Of a DNA stretch of 64,000 bases, positions 1-10,279 are shown piece by piece. The notes under the pieces were generated by a model. It had not been told where the DNA came from and did no database searches. It saw nothing but the letters and a program-made list of their open reading frames with translations. Source of the stretch: a virus; the UHGV virus genome UHGV-1351772; one strand, written 5' to 3'. A program made the translations under genes and the position numbers. Position 1 is the stretch's first letter. Every line of letters starts with the position of its first letter.

Positions 1-50
1 AACGACTTCAGAACTGGACGCGTGGCGAGCTAGAGAAAAACCCAGAAGTC

Positions 51-3000
51 ATGAAACGCCTACAGTTGGCGAAGTATGGCTTTGGAAATTTGTCGTCTAT
101 TTCTAACTCGGCAATAGCGGGAGAAACAAGCGGTCCGTTAGCTGATCTGTTTCGACTAATGCACGATTTGGGACTAGTTAACCCGCTACGTCGCGAAACC
201 TTAGCATTAGACGATCGTTCTGCGGAATCTCTTTCTGCGGCGGCGAAGTTCGATCGTAAAGCTTACCTTAGTATCACAGAAGTTATTCCGACGTTACTGT
301 CCGAGATTAACAAATCTATTCGTCGTGGGTATGGCGAACACCACGATCAGGTTTATGACCTGACCACGCGCGGTATGGTGGATCGCAAAGTTATTGGTAA
401 TCGTGTACGTAAGGCCGTTGCTAATGACGATCAGCGCAAACGTTTACAGACGTACATCAACGACACTGTCGACTTTATCGATAAAGATAAAACGCTCGAT
501 AGGAAAACACGTCAAGCGTTAGCGGACTACATCGAGTCTCGTGCCTCGGAAGGGAAAGCGTTCGATGTAGGGTCTTTATTGAAAGACCCGATGCACATGT
601 ATCGATACATGAACGCAAACGCTGTGGAAGCGATTCAGGGTGTTTTAGAAGCCCGTTCTGCGGAACTGGTTGGCGGACACCATGAACTGAGTAATGCGAT
701 TTCAAACAAAATCGCCGCTATCCAGTCAACGATTCGTGCACGTCAAGACACGGTTGATGCTGCGTCTGTGATTTACGGCGAGAACGCACTTCGTGATTCC
801 GGTATTTTTAAATACGATGCGAAGAAAGACATTTTCGAGGTCGATAAGGACATTAACGATCCCTATACGTTATTTAATGACCTGTCGATGGGTAAGACCC
901 GCTCTGGACGTTCGTTAACCCGTGAGCAAGAGATTCAGCGTAAATTGCAAAACGGTTCTGCGCTGGGTGATTACTTGCGACGGATGGGTGCAGGCGCAGA
1001 GCCGAGCTTTGAAGACAAAGAACTGTCCAATGTACGTGGCGGTGGAAAAGGAGGTCGTGGTCGCGGTTTAAGCGCACGCCAACTCGCTGCGGTACTTTAT
1101 GGAGAGAAATCCACTAACTTTGTTGAACTGTTAAGCAGTCGTCCAGACACGAACGCCGGGTTGGAACAGCAATTCGACCGTTTGATTGATGCTGTACGTA
1201 AACAGCCCGAATCTAGCACAGTGCAAGATATCCTCAAACACGTTAAGAACATGGATGAGGAAGGTATTCTCCTAGCCAGTTTAGGCGGTAGTCGTGATGA
1301 CGGTGACGAATCTGAAAGTTCGAGTGACTCGGGTCGTAAACGTCGTCGTAAACGCAAACGTATTGTGCTAGGCGAGACAGGCTTGTTACGCCGTTGGGCT
1401 GGGGTGCTTTGGGATACCGGTTCAGGTGTAGGGCGGTTTGGTAAGAATCTGTTCCTACGTGGGAAAGATCGTCTGCAGGCTTTAGGTGGTTTTATCCGTG
1501 GGAAATTCTCAGGCGGCTCCTCCGAAGGACCCGGTGTATTTAGCCGACTGAAAGGGTTAGTAACAGGTACTCTATCGACAGGTTGGAATTCTGCTGTAGC
1601 TTTCGGTAAAGGCGTTTTAGGTGTTCGTGATATTTACGATGAACGTGGCAACGTCGTATTACAAGGAAGTCGTTTAGAAGCTGGGGAATATTACCAGGCT
1701 GACCCGAAAACTGAGAAGCTGATTCAACTTAAAACCCTCGACGATATTAAACTGGGACGTGATATTGTCGATGAAGCGGGTAATTTAATCTTAGCTGCTG
1801 CTGATTTGGCTGCCGCAGGTAAACTGCGTTTCTACAAAGGTGGTAAAGTTCAAGCGCTTTTCCAGTACATTTCTGGGAAAGCAGGAACGGCGGTAAACAA
1901 AGCTGTGACTTTACCGAAGAAACTTTTAGGCTTCATTTCACCTAAAGCGGCTTCGTTGTTCGAGAAAGCACGTGAGTGGCTAAATGAGGTTCCAGAGGGC
2001 GCAGAGAAAACCCGTTTACAAAGCATGATTTCCCGTGTAACGGGAATGCCAGCGCGTTTGTGGAACAATGCAAAACGCGGGTTTGAGAAGCTCAAAGAGT
2101 TGGCTTCTGATAACCCTCTGACACGTTGGTGGCAGAACCGTAAGGAAGGGGGTTCTGGTGGTGGGTTTAGTGTGTTCTCATGGTCGAACGGCCGTAAAAC
2201 TAACCACATCTTAATCCGTATCTACAAACTCCTTAACCGGAGATTGCCAGGTGAACCAGAAGATGATACCTGGACAGAACAGATGGAGCGGAATACGGGA
2301 GCCAGTTCAGTTAAAGGATTATTCCAACGTGCTAAAGACATACGCGATGGGTTCCGTGAACATTTTCAGGGGTTCCGGGATTGGCGCGGTCGGATGCGTG
2401 ACAGAATGTCCCGTTATCGCGGTGCGGTAGGCGATCGTCTTTCTCGTTGGGGCGGTACCGCACGTGGTTGGTTTGATCGTTTCCGTGGCCGTGCAAGCGA
2501 TATGGTCGATACTTTCCGCGATCCGCGTTACGATATCGGCACACGTTATCGAATGGAGAGTCGTTTAGCAGGACGCGATGACGATGTTGCTGAGTTTTAT
2601 CGTCAACACATCTACGCAAGAGGTAAGGTGTCTAAAACACGTATCATCGATGCGGCAAAAGAAGACTTAGACACCGTAACGGATAGCGCTGGACGTGTGA
2701 TTAATAAAGGGAAACAGAAAGCCCGTAGCGTTGGGTCAGCTTTACTGGAACGCCTGAACCGAATGGTTAATCTTCAGGAAATGTCATGGTTTAACACCAT
2801 GCGTGATTCTGCGGAAAAAGCAGGTGCTTCGGATGGTTTGTTAAGAACTATGTTCAGTAAGTTCGGCCAACGCAATAAACCGCCTGCCAGTGATGAAAAA
2901 CGTGATTACTTCCAGTTCTTCCGACGCCGTCGTCGTTCTAAGGAAGAGGAAAAGGCTAAGAAAGAAGCCGAGAAGAAAGGTGGTAAGCGCGGGGTGATGG

Positions 3001-6000
3001 ATTTCCTTAAAGGACTGCCGTTGGTAGGACCGATTGTGAGTATTTTAGGCACAGTAGGTTCAATCTTAGGTAAAGTCGCGAAATGGGGAATCTTTAAGCC
3101 GGTTGGGTTTGCAGGCAAAGCGTTGTGGAACGTTGGTAAGTTTGCTGTGACTCGTTTGGCTGTCCCTGCGGTGAGTGCTGTCGCGACGGCAGCATCTGCA
3201 GTGGTAACTGCGGTTGGCTGGCCGATTATCGGTTTGGTCGCTGCAGGCGCTGCGCTATCTTGGTTTGCATATAAAACTGCAACCCGTGTGAATGCTCAGT
3301 ATTTGGATAACATGCGATTGGCACAGTACGGATTTAGAGATCACGATGAGTGGTCTTCCGACGATGGCGCAAAAGCACGTTATTTAGAAGACAACTTGAA
3401 ACCGTACATCTCTTATACAGAGAATGGCCAAGCACAGTTGCGTGGTTTGTCCGGTGACGACGTGAAGAAACTGGCCGAAGGGTTTGGTACTAACGTAGAA
3501 GACAAAGGCGAAATGCTGGCGTTTAGTGCGTTTATGCTACAACGTTTTGTGCCGATCTATTTACGTTGGATTACGGCACTGAAATCCATGGATAATGATA
3601 TCGCGTTAGCAGATGTCGGTAATCCTGCGAAAGTGTCGAAGGCAGACATGTTGAATATCTTCAACAAAATGAAGATGTCGAAAGATGCGCCTGCATTCCG
3701 TGCATTAGAAGATCCCCGCAAGGTTAACCAAGGTTGGTTCTCTAAAGCGTGGGATTTCGTAACGTTTACCCCGGCCGAGTTTTTGTCAGGCGAAGAAGTC
3801 GTTGAAGCGCAAGAACGCGTGCTTCGTTCGATTAACATGCGTCGTGATGAAAAACGTAAGGATGTAAATGCTACAGGCGGTGTGGCCGAAGGACACAAAG
3901 TTGCTTCTGTGGCAGAATCGACCCAAGCGTTGGCTCAAGCGGATGCGGAACGCAACAAAGAAGTTGCGAAAGTCGAAGGTTGGGAAGACGGCACCGAACA
4001 AGTTCAGGTTCAAGTCGACTGGAGAAGCTTACCTAAAGAAACCGATCTCCGTGATTTGGAGTCCGTAAGGTTGAAAGCTTATGGTGCGGTGAGTATTACT
4101 CAAACAACCCGTAACCTCTATACGCTCTTGGAACGTCAAGTGTTGCAAGACACCGATGTGAAAAGCTGTACGTATAAAGGCGACTGGAAACGTGCGATTG
4201 CGGTGATTGCGCCTGACGCCATTGGTGGGCCAAAAGAAGATCGGTACAAGAACTGGTTCTATAACCGCTTCTTACCTGTCTTCATGACGTACGTGGTTGG
4301 GGTGAAACGTTATGTCCCTGCTGCCGATCCGATGGACCTACGCGTTACGGGTGGGTTCTTGTATGAAATCGCACTGATGATGCGTGGTGCATACAACCTG
4401 AAAGGGGGTATTCGTCAGTCAGTGTGGGAGGTACCGTTTAACCCGTTAGGGGGAGACGCTAACACCGACGCCGGTTCAGTTGCAACGGAGTTAGAGAACC
4501 TGAAAGAACTGTCTAAGGAAGCTGATTTGGCAGTACGTAAAACGCTGCGTGCTACGCCTTCTGCGGGTTTCCGTGTGAACTGGCAGCGAAAAGATCGCGC
4601 GACTCAGATGTTCTTGACCGACGATGAGAAGGAGCAACCGTCTCGACCACAGATGAACACCTCCTCCTCTTATCGTGACCTATTGCAACCAGCGGCAAAC
4701 GACGGTGGGAATTACGGCACACCAAACGATTTGGCCGGTGCTTACGGTCAGATGGGAGCTAAGAATTACGCTGCATTTACTACCGGTAACTTCGGCGTGA
4801 AACTTGGCGATATGCAAGACGGTGACTATAAAACGTTAGCGGCTAAGTATCCAATTTCAACGTTGGGTGACGGATTGAAGCCTAACTTGAATGCGGTTGC
4901 AGCACTGATTACAGACGTAGCGAAGATGATGGGTGTTCCTCCAGCGTTAGCACTGGGAATGGCACAAGCAGAATCTGGGCTTAGATACGGTATCAAAGCT
5001 AAAGGAAGTTCTGCGGCTGGCTTGTTCCAGTTCATCAACGATACCTGGGGTGCGCAGATGAAAGCTTATGCGAGACGTTATGGTATCCCGCAAACCAACC
5101 AGTATGACCCGTGGGCGAATGCTCTGCTTGGCGTCCGTCATATTCGTGATAATATCGAGAAAGCCAGAAAGGATTTAGGTGGTATCGATCCTCCAGGTGC
5201 AGCTGTTTACCTCTACCACTTCTTAGGACAAGGTGGCGGTAAGAAATTCCTGCAAGAATGGAAGCGTGATCCGAACGGGCCATCGTCGCGTGGTGCGTCG
5301 GCCGATCAAATCGCGGCAAACAGCACAATTTTCTACAAGAATGGAAAATTGCGTAGTTTGGATGAAGTGCTCAACATCATGGGTGGTAAGATTGGTGCTG
5401 TAGGAACAAACGCGATCGCGGCTAACCAGGCATCGCTGAAAGACTTGACGACAGGCGTAACACCAATGCCGTCTTCCCCGGCTATCGCTGCAGGCGCTGC
5501 TAACGATCCGTCTATCACAGGCCCGGCAGATAACCTGCCAGCCGCGAACGAGGCGAATCGCGACTCCGCTTTAGCAGACAAAGGCGCGATGGGTGCTGAA
5601 GATATTAAAGCTGCAACTGGTGGTGGTCCGGCTGTGCCGAGTCCTGGCGGCGATGTCACGCCGAGCGATGCGTCAGTTGTTGTAGAGACGGTGGGTCAAA
5701 ATGCACGTGCTGATGGCCTGGCCGAAGAAGAGGTTGCTAAAGTAAAAGAAGGTGCTAGACAGCAGATGGAGAAATCGGCCCGTCCTGCACCAACGGTAAC
5801 TTCCGATGCTCAGAGCGGTTCTACAGTGAACAGTGGTGATCCGATCAGTGTACAACAGCTGGCGGTTGCAAAAGAGTCTGCAGGCTATCTGAAAGAGATT
5901 GTAACAATTCTTCGCCAGCGGCCACAGGCTATGCAAAACGGTCCGGCTAACCCGGCGTCAACCGCTCCGGGTTCGGCGTCACGTAACGTGTCAATAACTC

Positions 6001-6041
6001 AACCCGCGCCGCAACTCGACGTTAGTCGTAAATCAGCGTAA
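51..6041 (+). CDS. Giant virion-associated protein with lytic transglycosylase (SLT) domain; possibly 5'-partial at window edge
   Basis: 1996-aa ORF; same frame has no stop between position 3 and the ATG at 51, so the gene may start upstream of the window. SLT motif MAQAESGL...SSAAGLFQF...YLYHFLGQGG at about nt 4926-5290. Hydrophobic segment cluster (GLPLVGPIVSILG...AVGWPIIGLVAAGAALSWFAY), basic stretch SGRKRRRKRKR, Ala/Pro/Gly-rich C-terminus. Intrinsic terminator immediately downstream. Confidence 0.7.
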   Translation: MKRLQLAKYGFGNLSSISNSAIAGETSGPLADLFRLMHDLGLVNPLRRETLALDDRSAESLSAAAKFDRKAYLSITEVIPTLLSEINKSIRRGYGEHHDQVYDLTTRGMVDRKVIGNRVRKAVANDDQRKRLQTYINDTVDFIDKDKTLDRKTRQALADYIESRASEGKAFDVGSLLKDPMHMYRYMNANAVEAIQGVLEARSAELVGGHHELSNAISNKIAAIQSTIRARQDTVDAASVIYGENALRDSGIFKYDAKKDIFEVDKDINDPYTLFNDLSMGKTRSGRSLTREQEIQRKLQNGSALGDYLRRMGAGAEPSFEDKELSNVRGGGKGGRGRGLSARQLAAVLYGEKSTNFVELLSSRPDTNAGLEQQFDRLIDAVRKQPESSTVQDILKHVKNMDEEGILLASLGGSRDDGDESESSSDSGRKRRRKRKRIVLGETGLLRRWAGVLWDTGSGVGRFGKNLFLRGKDRLQALGGFIRGKFSGGSSEGPGVFSRLKGLVTGTLSTGWNSAVAFGKGVLGVRDIYDERGNVVLQGSRLEAGEYYQADPKTEKLIQLKTLDDIKLGRDIVDEAGNLILAAADLAAAGKLRFYKGGKVQALFQYISGKAGTAVNKAVTLPKKLLGFISPKAASLFEKAREWLNEVPEGAEKTRLQSMISRVTGMPARLWNNAKRGFEKLKELASDNPLTRWWQNRKEGGSGGGFSVFSWSNGRKTNHILIRIYKLLNRRLPGEPEDDTWTEQMERNTGASSVKGLFQRAKDIRDGFREHFQGFRDWRGRMRDRMSRYRGAVGDRLSRWGGTARGWFDRFRGRASDMVDTFRDPRYDIGTRYRMESRLAGRDDDVAEFYRQHIYARGKVSKTRIIDAAKEDLDTVTDSAGRVINKGKQKARSVGSALLERLNRMVNLQEMSWFNTMRDSAEKAGASDGLLRTMFSKFGQRNKPPASDEKRDYFQFFRRRRRSKEEEKAKKEAEKKGGKRGVMDFLKGLPLVGPIVSILGTVGSILGKVAKWGIFKPVGFAGKALWNVGKFAVTRLAVPAVSAVATAASAVVTAVGWPIIGLVAAGAALSWFAYKTATRVNAQYLDNMRLAQYGFRDHDEWSSDDGAKARYLEDNLKPYISYTENGQAQLRGLSGDDVKKLAEGFGTNVEDKGEMLAFSAFMLQRFVPIYLRWITALKSMDNDIALADVGNPAKVSKADMLNIFNKMKMSKDAPAFRALEDPRKVNQGWFSKAWDFVTFTPAEFLSGEEVVEAQERVLRSINMRRDEKRKDVNATGGVAEGHKVASVAESTQALAQADAERNKEVAKVEGWEDGTEQVQVQVDWRSLPKETDLRDLESVRLKAYGAVSITQTTRNLYTLLERQVLQDTDVKSCTYKGDWKRAIAVIAPDAIGGPKEDRYKNWFYNRFLPVFMTYVVGVKRYVPAADPMDLRVTGGFLYEIALMMRGAYNLKGGIRQSVWEVPFNPLGGDANTDAGSVATELENLKELSKEADLAVRKTLRATPSAGFRVNWQRKDRATQMFLTDDEKEQPSRPQMNTSSSYRDLLQPAANDGGNYGTPNDLAGAYGQMGAKNYAAFTTGNFGVKLGDMQDGDYKTLAAKYPISTLGDGLKPNLNAVAALITDVAKMMGVPPALALGMAQAESGLRYGIKAKGSSAAGLFQFINDTWGAQMKAYARRYGIPQTNQYDPWANALLGVRHIRDNIEKARKDLGGIDPPGAAVYLYHFLGQGGGKKFLQEWKRDPNGPSSRGASADQIAANSTIFYKNGKLRSLDEVLNIMGGKIGAVGTNAIAANQASLKDLTTGVTPMPSSPAIAAGAANDPSITGPADNLPAANEANRDSALADKGAMGAEDIKAATGGGPAVPSPGGDVTPSDASVVVETVGQNARADGLAEEEVAKVKEGARQQMEKSARPAPTVTSDAQSGSTVNSGDPISVQQLAVAKESAGYLKEIVTILRQRPQAMQNGPANPASTAPGSASRNVSITQPAPQLDVSRKSA

Positions 6042-6048
6042 TAACAAC

Positions 6049-6077
6049 AGGGGGGTAGGAAACTACCCCCGTTTTTT
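6049..6077 (+). terminator. Intrinsic terminator after giant SLT gene
   Basis: Stem GGGGGTAG / CTACCCCC, loop GAAA, followed by TTTTTT. Confidence 0.7.
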
Positions 6078-6088
6078 AGAGGTATAAC

Positions 6089-8260
6089 GTGGACGCTAGA
6101 TCAGCTAACGACTCAAGCTGGGTCAGAAATCTATTTAAGGGAGAGTTGGAAGGCCGAGATGAACGTTTTCTGGCCTTGCGACGCTACTCTAACGGTATGA
6201 TGTCTTTTGAAGATACGACCATGGGCGGTAGCAAAGCGATTAATAGCCCTCCACAGTTTACGTGGTTTGCAGACCCCCCATCAACAGGGGCATTTGCACG
6301 ACCCGGTAATCGTGAAGCGGAGAAAAAGGCGTTGGCTAACGGTATGCCAACCTCTTCTTATCGCTTAGGGACGTATTATTACGAAAGCATTAACCAAAAT
6401 TCGTTTTACGTACATTGTCGCTTCGGCAAGCCGAAATATCTGGGAATGGCCGCATTCTTTGCGAATATGTACGATTCCAACTTAGCGTATTTAGCGCGTA
6501 CGGGCGATTATCCGGGAATGATCCGCACGATAGCAAGTTATATCGGTGCGGCAGCGATATGGGCCACTGTAGGCACTGTCGCTTTTGCGGTAATTTTAAT
6601 TACTCCTCGCATTCTCGCAGCAGCGTTGAATAAACAAACGTCGCGTTACTATTACGTTAAACCGACGATGCATCTGTATTTGCGTGCTGTACAGAACATC
6701 TTGAATACGCAGCTTGTTTATCGTCGTTTGGTTCCCACGGGTATCTTAGGTACCTTCCAGGTTAGTCAAGACGGCGATGGAAAAGGGAACAAAAAAGCAC
6801 GTGATGATGCTTTTGAAGCGTTGCCGGAGGTTTGGAAAAAAGACGGTGAATTCGATGTCTTTAAGATGATCAACCGTTATCAAACCCTGGCGAACTATCA
6901 GAATCAACGTTTAAAAGAACTTCGTAAGCAGTCCTCAAGTGACGATGATTTCGCCGAGCGGATACGAAATTTCTATTTGGACAGCACATATGGTGCGGCT
7001 TCGTATTCTGACGATGTGAGAAATTACGAAGTTTCTTTGCAAGACATGGAGCGGTTAGCTGCATCCGAGCGCGGTGGCTATGCGGCGAAAGACGCGTCGG
7101 GCAAAGATATTAATAGTGTTGATGAACTGGAAAAAGGGGTTCTCGATGCGTTTAGTTCCGGGCTACAAACTGGGGGAACGGCAAGCGACCTAGAGGCGCA
7201 GGCGGCAGAAATCCAAAACAAAATGAACGAGGATTTGGAAAATGCCGATGCGAGTAACCTCACCGAGGGACAACAGATTACGATACAGTCCTGGGCGGAT
7301 AAAGGTAAAGAATCGACTATGGAGACGTTCTTCGGCGACTTTGTTAAAGTGGTTGGCGAACAGATTGAAGGGATTAAAGCACAGGCGCTGTCCGAAATCT
7401 ACAACGGTTCTCAGTGGGTAACCTGGAGAATCGATGGGAAGGACACCGTCTCTCGTTCGTTCTCTAACTCTACAAAAGAGCCGGAGATCTCTAGCACAGT
7501 TAACTCAATGACAGCGAAAGCTCGTCAACTTGAAGTAAACTTGTCCGGCGGGCAAACCGGCTTCAACGCGGTCGATTCATTAATTACGGGCTTTAAGTCC
7601 GTAATGCGTGGGTTAGCAGATACGTTGCATCTAACGGGGATTATGTCGTTATATAATTCATCCGTCATTGACTTCCCAGAGGTGTGGGACAGTTCAGATG
7701 CCTCGGGCGATGATATTAACTTGACAATACCTTTACGTGCATGGTCTGGAAGTGACCTGGATATCTTCCAGGAAATTCTAGTGCCACTATCCTTTTGGAT
7801 CGCCGCAGTATGTCCAATTGCGACAGGTAAACAATCGTTCACTCATCCGTTTTATCTGGAGTGTTACTCGCAAGGTCGATTCTCGTTCCGTAATGCTATC
7901 GTAACATCTTTGTCTTTACAATTCGGTGTGGGTGGTTTAGGTTGGCGACCAGGTGATTCTGTTCCACTGTCTTGTGATATCAATGTTACCATCCGTGATT
8001 TGTCGCGTGTGATGTATATGCCCATCGTTACAGACACAGGTGTTTGGGACGACGATAATAAATTCAGTGAGTTTATGGCGTGTTTGGGTGCAGCGACGTT
8101 GTACGAACGTACGAACGGTATAGAGCGTGCCAAGATCCAAGGAAGCATTTGGGCGCAGAACTGGGCATCTGCGTGGTCACAGGGCAGTTTTATTAACTCT
8201 GCGTTTGATGTGCTTCCAGCACGCCAGATCGCGAACATCTTCTTGCCGCAAGCACGTTAA
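6089..8260 (+). CDS. Hypothetical protein with one predicted transmembrane segment (possible virion/ejection-module protein)
   Basis: 723-aa ORF starting at GTG with GAGGT upstream; hydrophobic segment IGAAAIWATVGTVAFAVILITP; directly follows the giant SLT gene. Confidence 0.5.
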   Translation: MDARSANDSSWVRNLFKGELEGRDERFLALRRYSNGMMSFEDTTMGGSKAINSPPQFTWFADPPSTGAFARPGNREAEKKALANGMPTSSYRLGTYYYESINQNSFYVHCRFGKPKYLGMAAFFANMYDSNLAYLARTGDYPGMIRTIASYIGAAAIWATVGTVAFAVILITPRILAAALNKQTSRYYYVKPTMHLYLRAVQNILNTQLVYRRLVPTGILGTFQVSQDGDGKGNKKARDDAFEALPEVWKKDGEFDVFKMINRYQTLANYQNQRLKELRKQSSSDDDFAERIRNFYLDSTYGAASYSDDVRNYEVSLQDMERLAASERGGYAAKDASGKDINSVDELEKGVLDAFSSGLQTGGTASDLEAQAAEIQNKMNEDLENADASNLTEGQQITIQSWADKGKESTMETFFGDFVKVVGEQIEGIKAQALSEIYNGSQWVTWRIDGKDTVSRSFSNSTKEPEISSTVNSMTAKARQLEVNLSGGQTGFNAVDSLITGFKSVMRGLADTLHLTGIMSLYNSSVIDFPEVWDSSDASGDDINLTIPLRAWSGSDLDIFQEILVPLSFWIAAVCPIATGKQSFTHPFYLECYSQGRFSFRNAIVTSLSLQFGVGGLGWRPGDSVPLSCDINVTIRDLSRVMYMPIVTDTGVWDDDNKFSEFMACLGAATLYERTNGIERAKIQGSIWAQNWASAWSQGSFINSAFDVLPARQIANIFLPQAR

Positions 8261-8276
8261 TGTTTGAGAGGAAATA

Positions 8277-8840
8277 ATGGCTAATACGCTATTAGGTAAA
8301 TCAGGAAAACAACTGGTTTATGAGTTATTAGTAAAAAAGAATCCTGGTTTGGTAGAGAAAGGTATTACAATCGATAAGTTGAATTTTGGTACACCGTCAC
8401 ATATTCCTGCGGTAGAAACACCAGAAACCCAATTTACACGATTAAATACCCAACTTAGCGTCCAGGGAATTATTGAACAGAAAACGTTTGGTAAAATCGA
8501 CGTTATTTATCGTCGATTGGATTTAGAGCACCTCTTAGGTGACTTTGTAGTTTCTGTTGCGGGTGTTAATGCGGCTACGGTATCTGAGGTACTACAGCTT
8601 TTCCGCAATAAGTACAATTTACAGATTACCGACGATGAAGTTGAGAACCCAACAGCTGCACCAGACAGCAAAGATAAAACCATCATTATCATGAATGGGA
8701 CATCTTTGGCATGGACAGGGCGGCTGGAAGTGTACTTAACAGAGCTGCCGTCCGACGGTAAGGATATTTCGAAGTTGATTAAAGTCACTGAACTTGACGG
8801 TTTGACGTATATCTCTTCTGGGATTGTTCCAGGCGCTTAA
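8277..8840 (+). CDS. Hypothetical protein
   Basis: 187-aa ORF, ATG preceded by GAGAGGAAATA; ends at bidirectional terminator. Confidence 0.5.
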   Translation: MANTLLGKSGKQLVYELLVKKNPGLVEKGITIDKLNFGTPSHIPAVETPETQFTRLNTQLSVQGIIEQKTFGKIDVIYRRLDLEHLLGDFVVSVAGVNAATVSEVLQLFRNKYNLQITDDEVENPTAAPDSKDKTIIIMNGTSLAWTGRLEVYLTELPSDGKDISKLIKVTELDGLTYISSGIVPGA

Positions 8841-8861
8841 AAAAGAAAAAAAATAAGAAAG

Positions 8862-8902
8862 TCTACCTACCTCCGAAAGGAGGTAGGTACTTTTATTTAT
8901 TT
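8862..8902. terminator. Bidirectional intrinsic terminator between convergent genes
   Basis: Stem TACCTACCTCC / GGAGGTAGGTA with GAAA loop, A-run upstream and T-run (TTTTATTTATTT) downstream. Confidence 0.7.
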
Positions 8903-9727
8903 CGCCAGATCTGCTTCTTTTACAAAGATACCGTCGGCGTTCAGATAACCTTTACGGTCTTTGATTTCGTGCCAGGCCAAAGAGAAACAATGGCGAATGT
9001 TAAGACGATAATAGAGAGCGAGTCGCGCAAGACGATGTAAAGCCCAACCTAACGTAACAGTACCCAGTTCAGTACGTAAGAACGCAGTAGCGAAGATTTC
9101 GGTAGCCTCTAAATACAACTGGTGTGGATATTTGGTATCGTTTAAACGTTCTTCAACGTCAGCGACATCATCTACCTGCAATTGTAAACCGCGTTCGATG
9201 ACTTCAGCGGTTGTCATTCCGCCAGTCACTCTGTCCTTATCCAGTTCCAGGATGTTTACCAGAACCACCAACGCATCGCCGATGCCGTCCATGATCAGTT
9301 CAGGTTTGTTTTTGCTGATACCTGTTGCAATCTCACCAAATTCTTCATAGAACTTTGTGATTTGAGTTTCCAGTTTACCGTTGTCGAGAATACCACGTTC
9401 TTTAGACCAACCTTTAACACGTTCTACACAGTTTTCAATAGAGTAGACCGGAACAGATTCTGTATGCATTACCGTGCCGTTGTAAACAGCATCGGTAAGC
9501 TTAATAGGCGCTACAATTGTTTCGATGTCCAGTTCTTGATTACCGGTGTGACGTTTACCTTCTACACGAATACGGTTGGTACCAGGGTTTACACCAATTG
9601 TGTAAATAGCATCGAACTGTACTGCATTCTCATTCAGAGCGCGCAGTTGTGCGTTAACTTCTTCCAGGTGCTGACCAGGATTAACCACGATGTTGTAAAT
9701 AGTGTTGATGTCAAAACGTTCGCCCAT
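8897..9727 (-). CDS. MazG-like nucleotide pyrophosphohydrolase domain protein with extra N- and C-terminal regions
   Basis: 276 aa; central segment YEEFGEIATGI...MDGIGDALVVLVNILE fits the MazG EExGE...D.hGD.L pattern; flanking regions unassigned. Confidence 0.4.
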   Translation of the reverse strand: MGERFDINTIYNIVVNPGQHLEEVNAQLRALNENAVQFDAIYTIGVNPGTNRIRVEGKRHTGNQELDIETIVAPIKLTDAVYNGTVMHTESVPVYSIENCVERVKGWSKERGILDNGKLETQITKFYEEFGEIATGISKNKPELIMDGIGDALVVLVNILELDKDRVTGGMTTAEVIERGLQLQVDDVADVEERLNDTKYPHQLYLEATEIFATAFLRTELGTVTLGWALHRLARLALYYRLNIRHCFSLAWHEIKDRKGYLNADGIFVKEADLAK

Positions 9728-9748
9728 CTTAAAACTCCATTAGTTTAA

Positions 9749-9788
9749 ACAAAAAGAATAAGGATTAGGGGTGCTACATAAGCACCCC
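9749..9788 (-). terminator. Intrinsic terminator (leftward)
   Basis: Hairpin GGGGTGCT-ACATA-AGCACCCC; on the minus strand it is followed by a T-rich run. Confidence 0.55.
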
Positions 9789-9796
9789 ATGAACTG

Positions 9797-10159
9797 TTAA
9801 ATTTTGCAAGCCCCGCCTGAGCAGTTATCGTCTTCCGTGGTTGGATCAGCACCCTTCTCTACGGTAGCTTCCGGGTCTAACCCAGGGATTGCAAATTCGT
9901 CAGTTTCTTTAACGTTTTCTACTTTAACTTCTTCAGACATTTTAGTTCCCAAATTTCTTACAAAGGGGTTAACAGTTTTGATTTTAAGATTGGCAAATGG
10001 TGATAGTAGCATTGCCAACCGTGGTAGACTTGGCGGTGCCTCTTTATATTGTACAACGCGCACCTTCGACCTACCAGGACCCTTACGTACACGGTTGTAG
10101 CCAATAAAATATACAGTACCTGTAAAGTATCTAAGGCTGTGAAAGCGTGGTTTCTTCAT
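9797..10159 (-). CDS. Hypothetical protein, basic N-terminal half and acidic C-terminal half
   Basis: 120-aa ORF; AAGGAAG ribosome-binding site just upstream of the ATG at 10159; overlapping plus-strand ORF 9804-10100 judged spurious. Confidence 0.4.
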   Translation of the reverse strand: MKKPRFHSLRYFTGTVYFIGYNRVRKGPGRSKVRVVQYKEAPPSLPRLAMLLSPFANLKIKTVNPFVRNLGTKMSEEVKVENVKETDEFAIPGLDPEATVEKGADPTTEDDNCSGGACKI

Positions 10160-10279
10160 CGCACTTCCTTTTCGACAACTAACCCATTAAATGTATTACG
10201 ACGTCTTTAGTTACTGAGTTTGCCAGTAAGCGGAAGAACTTCATGTAACGGAAAATGCTAAAGAAAACCCCAGCGTTAT

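Noticed and set aside
475-5936. Thirteen antisense ORFs of 64-119 aa inside the giant SLT gene (475-705, 874-1077, 1097-1357 through 5673-5936), plus a 66-aa sense-strand alternative-frame ORF at 3868-4068
   Set aside because: They lie entirely within a long, motif-supported coding frame on the opposite strand, have no ribosome-binding sites that I could see and give low-complexity translations; treated as shadow ORFs.
51-6041. Giant protein as an N4-like virion RNA polymerase
   Set aside because: No T7-like RNAP motifs recognisable; the recognisable domain is a lytic transglycosylase.
9804-10100. Plus-strand 98-aa ORF
   Set aside because: It overlaps the leftward ORF 9797-10159, which has a good ribosome-binding site and fits the operon orientation.
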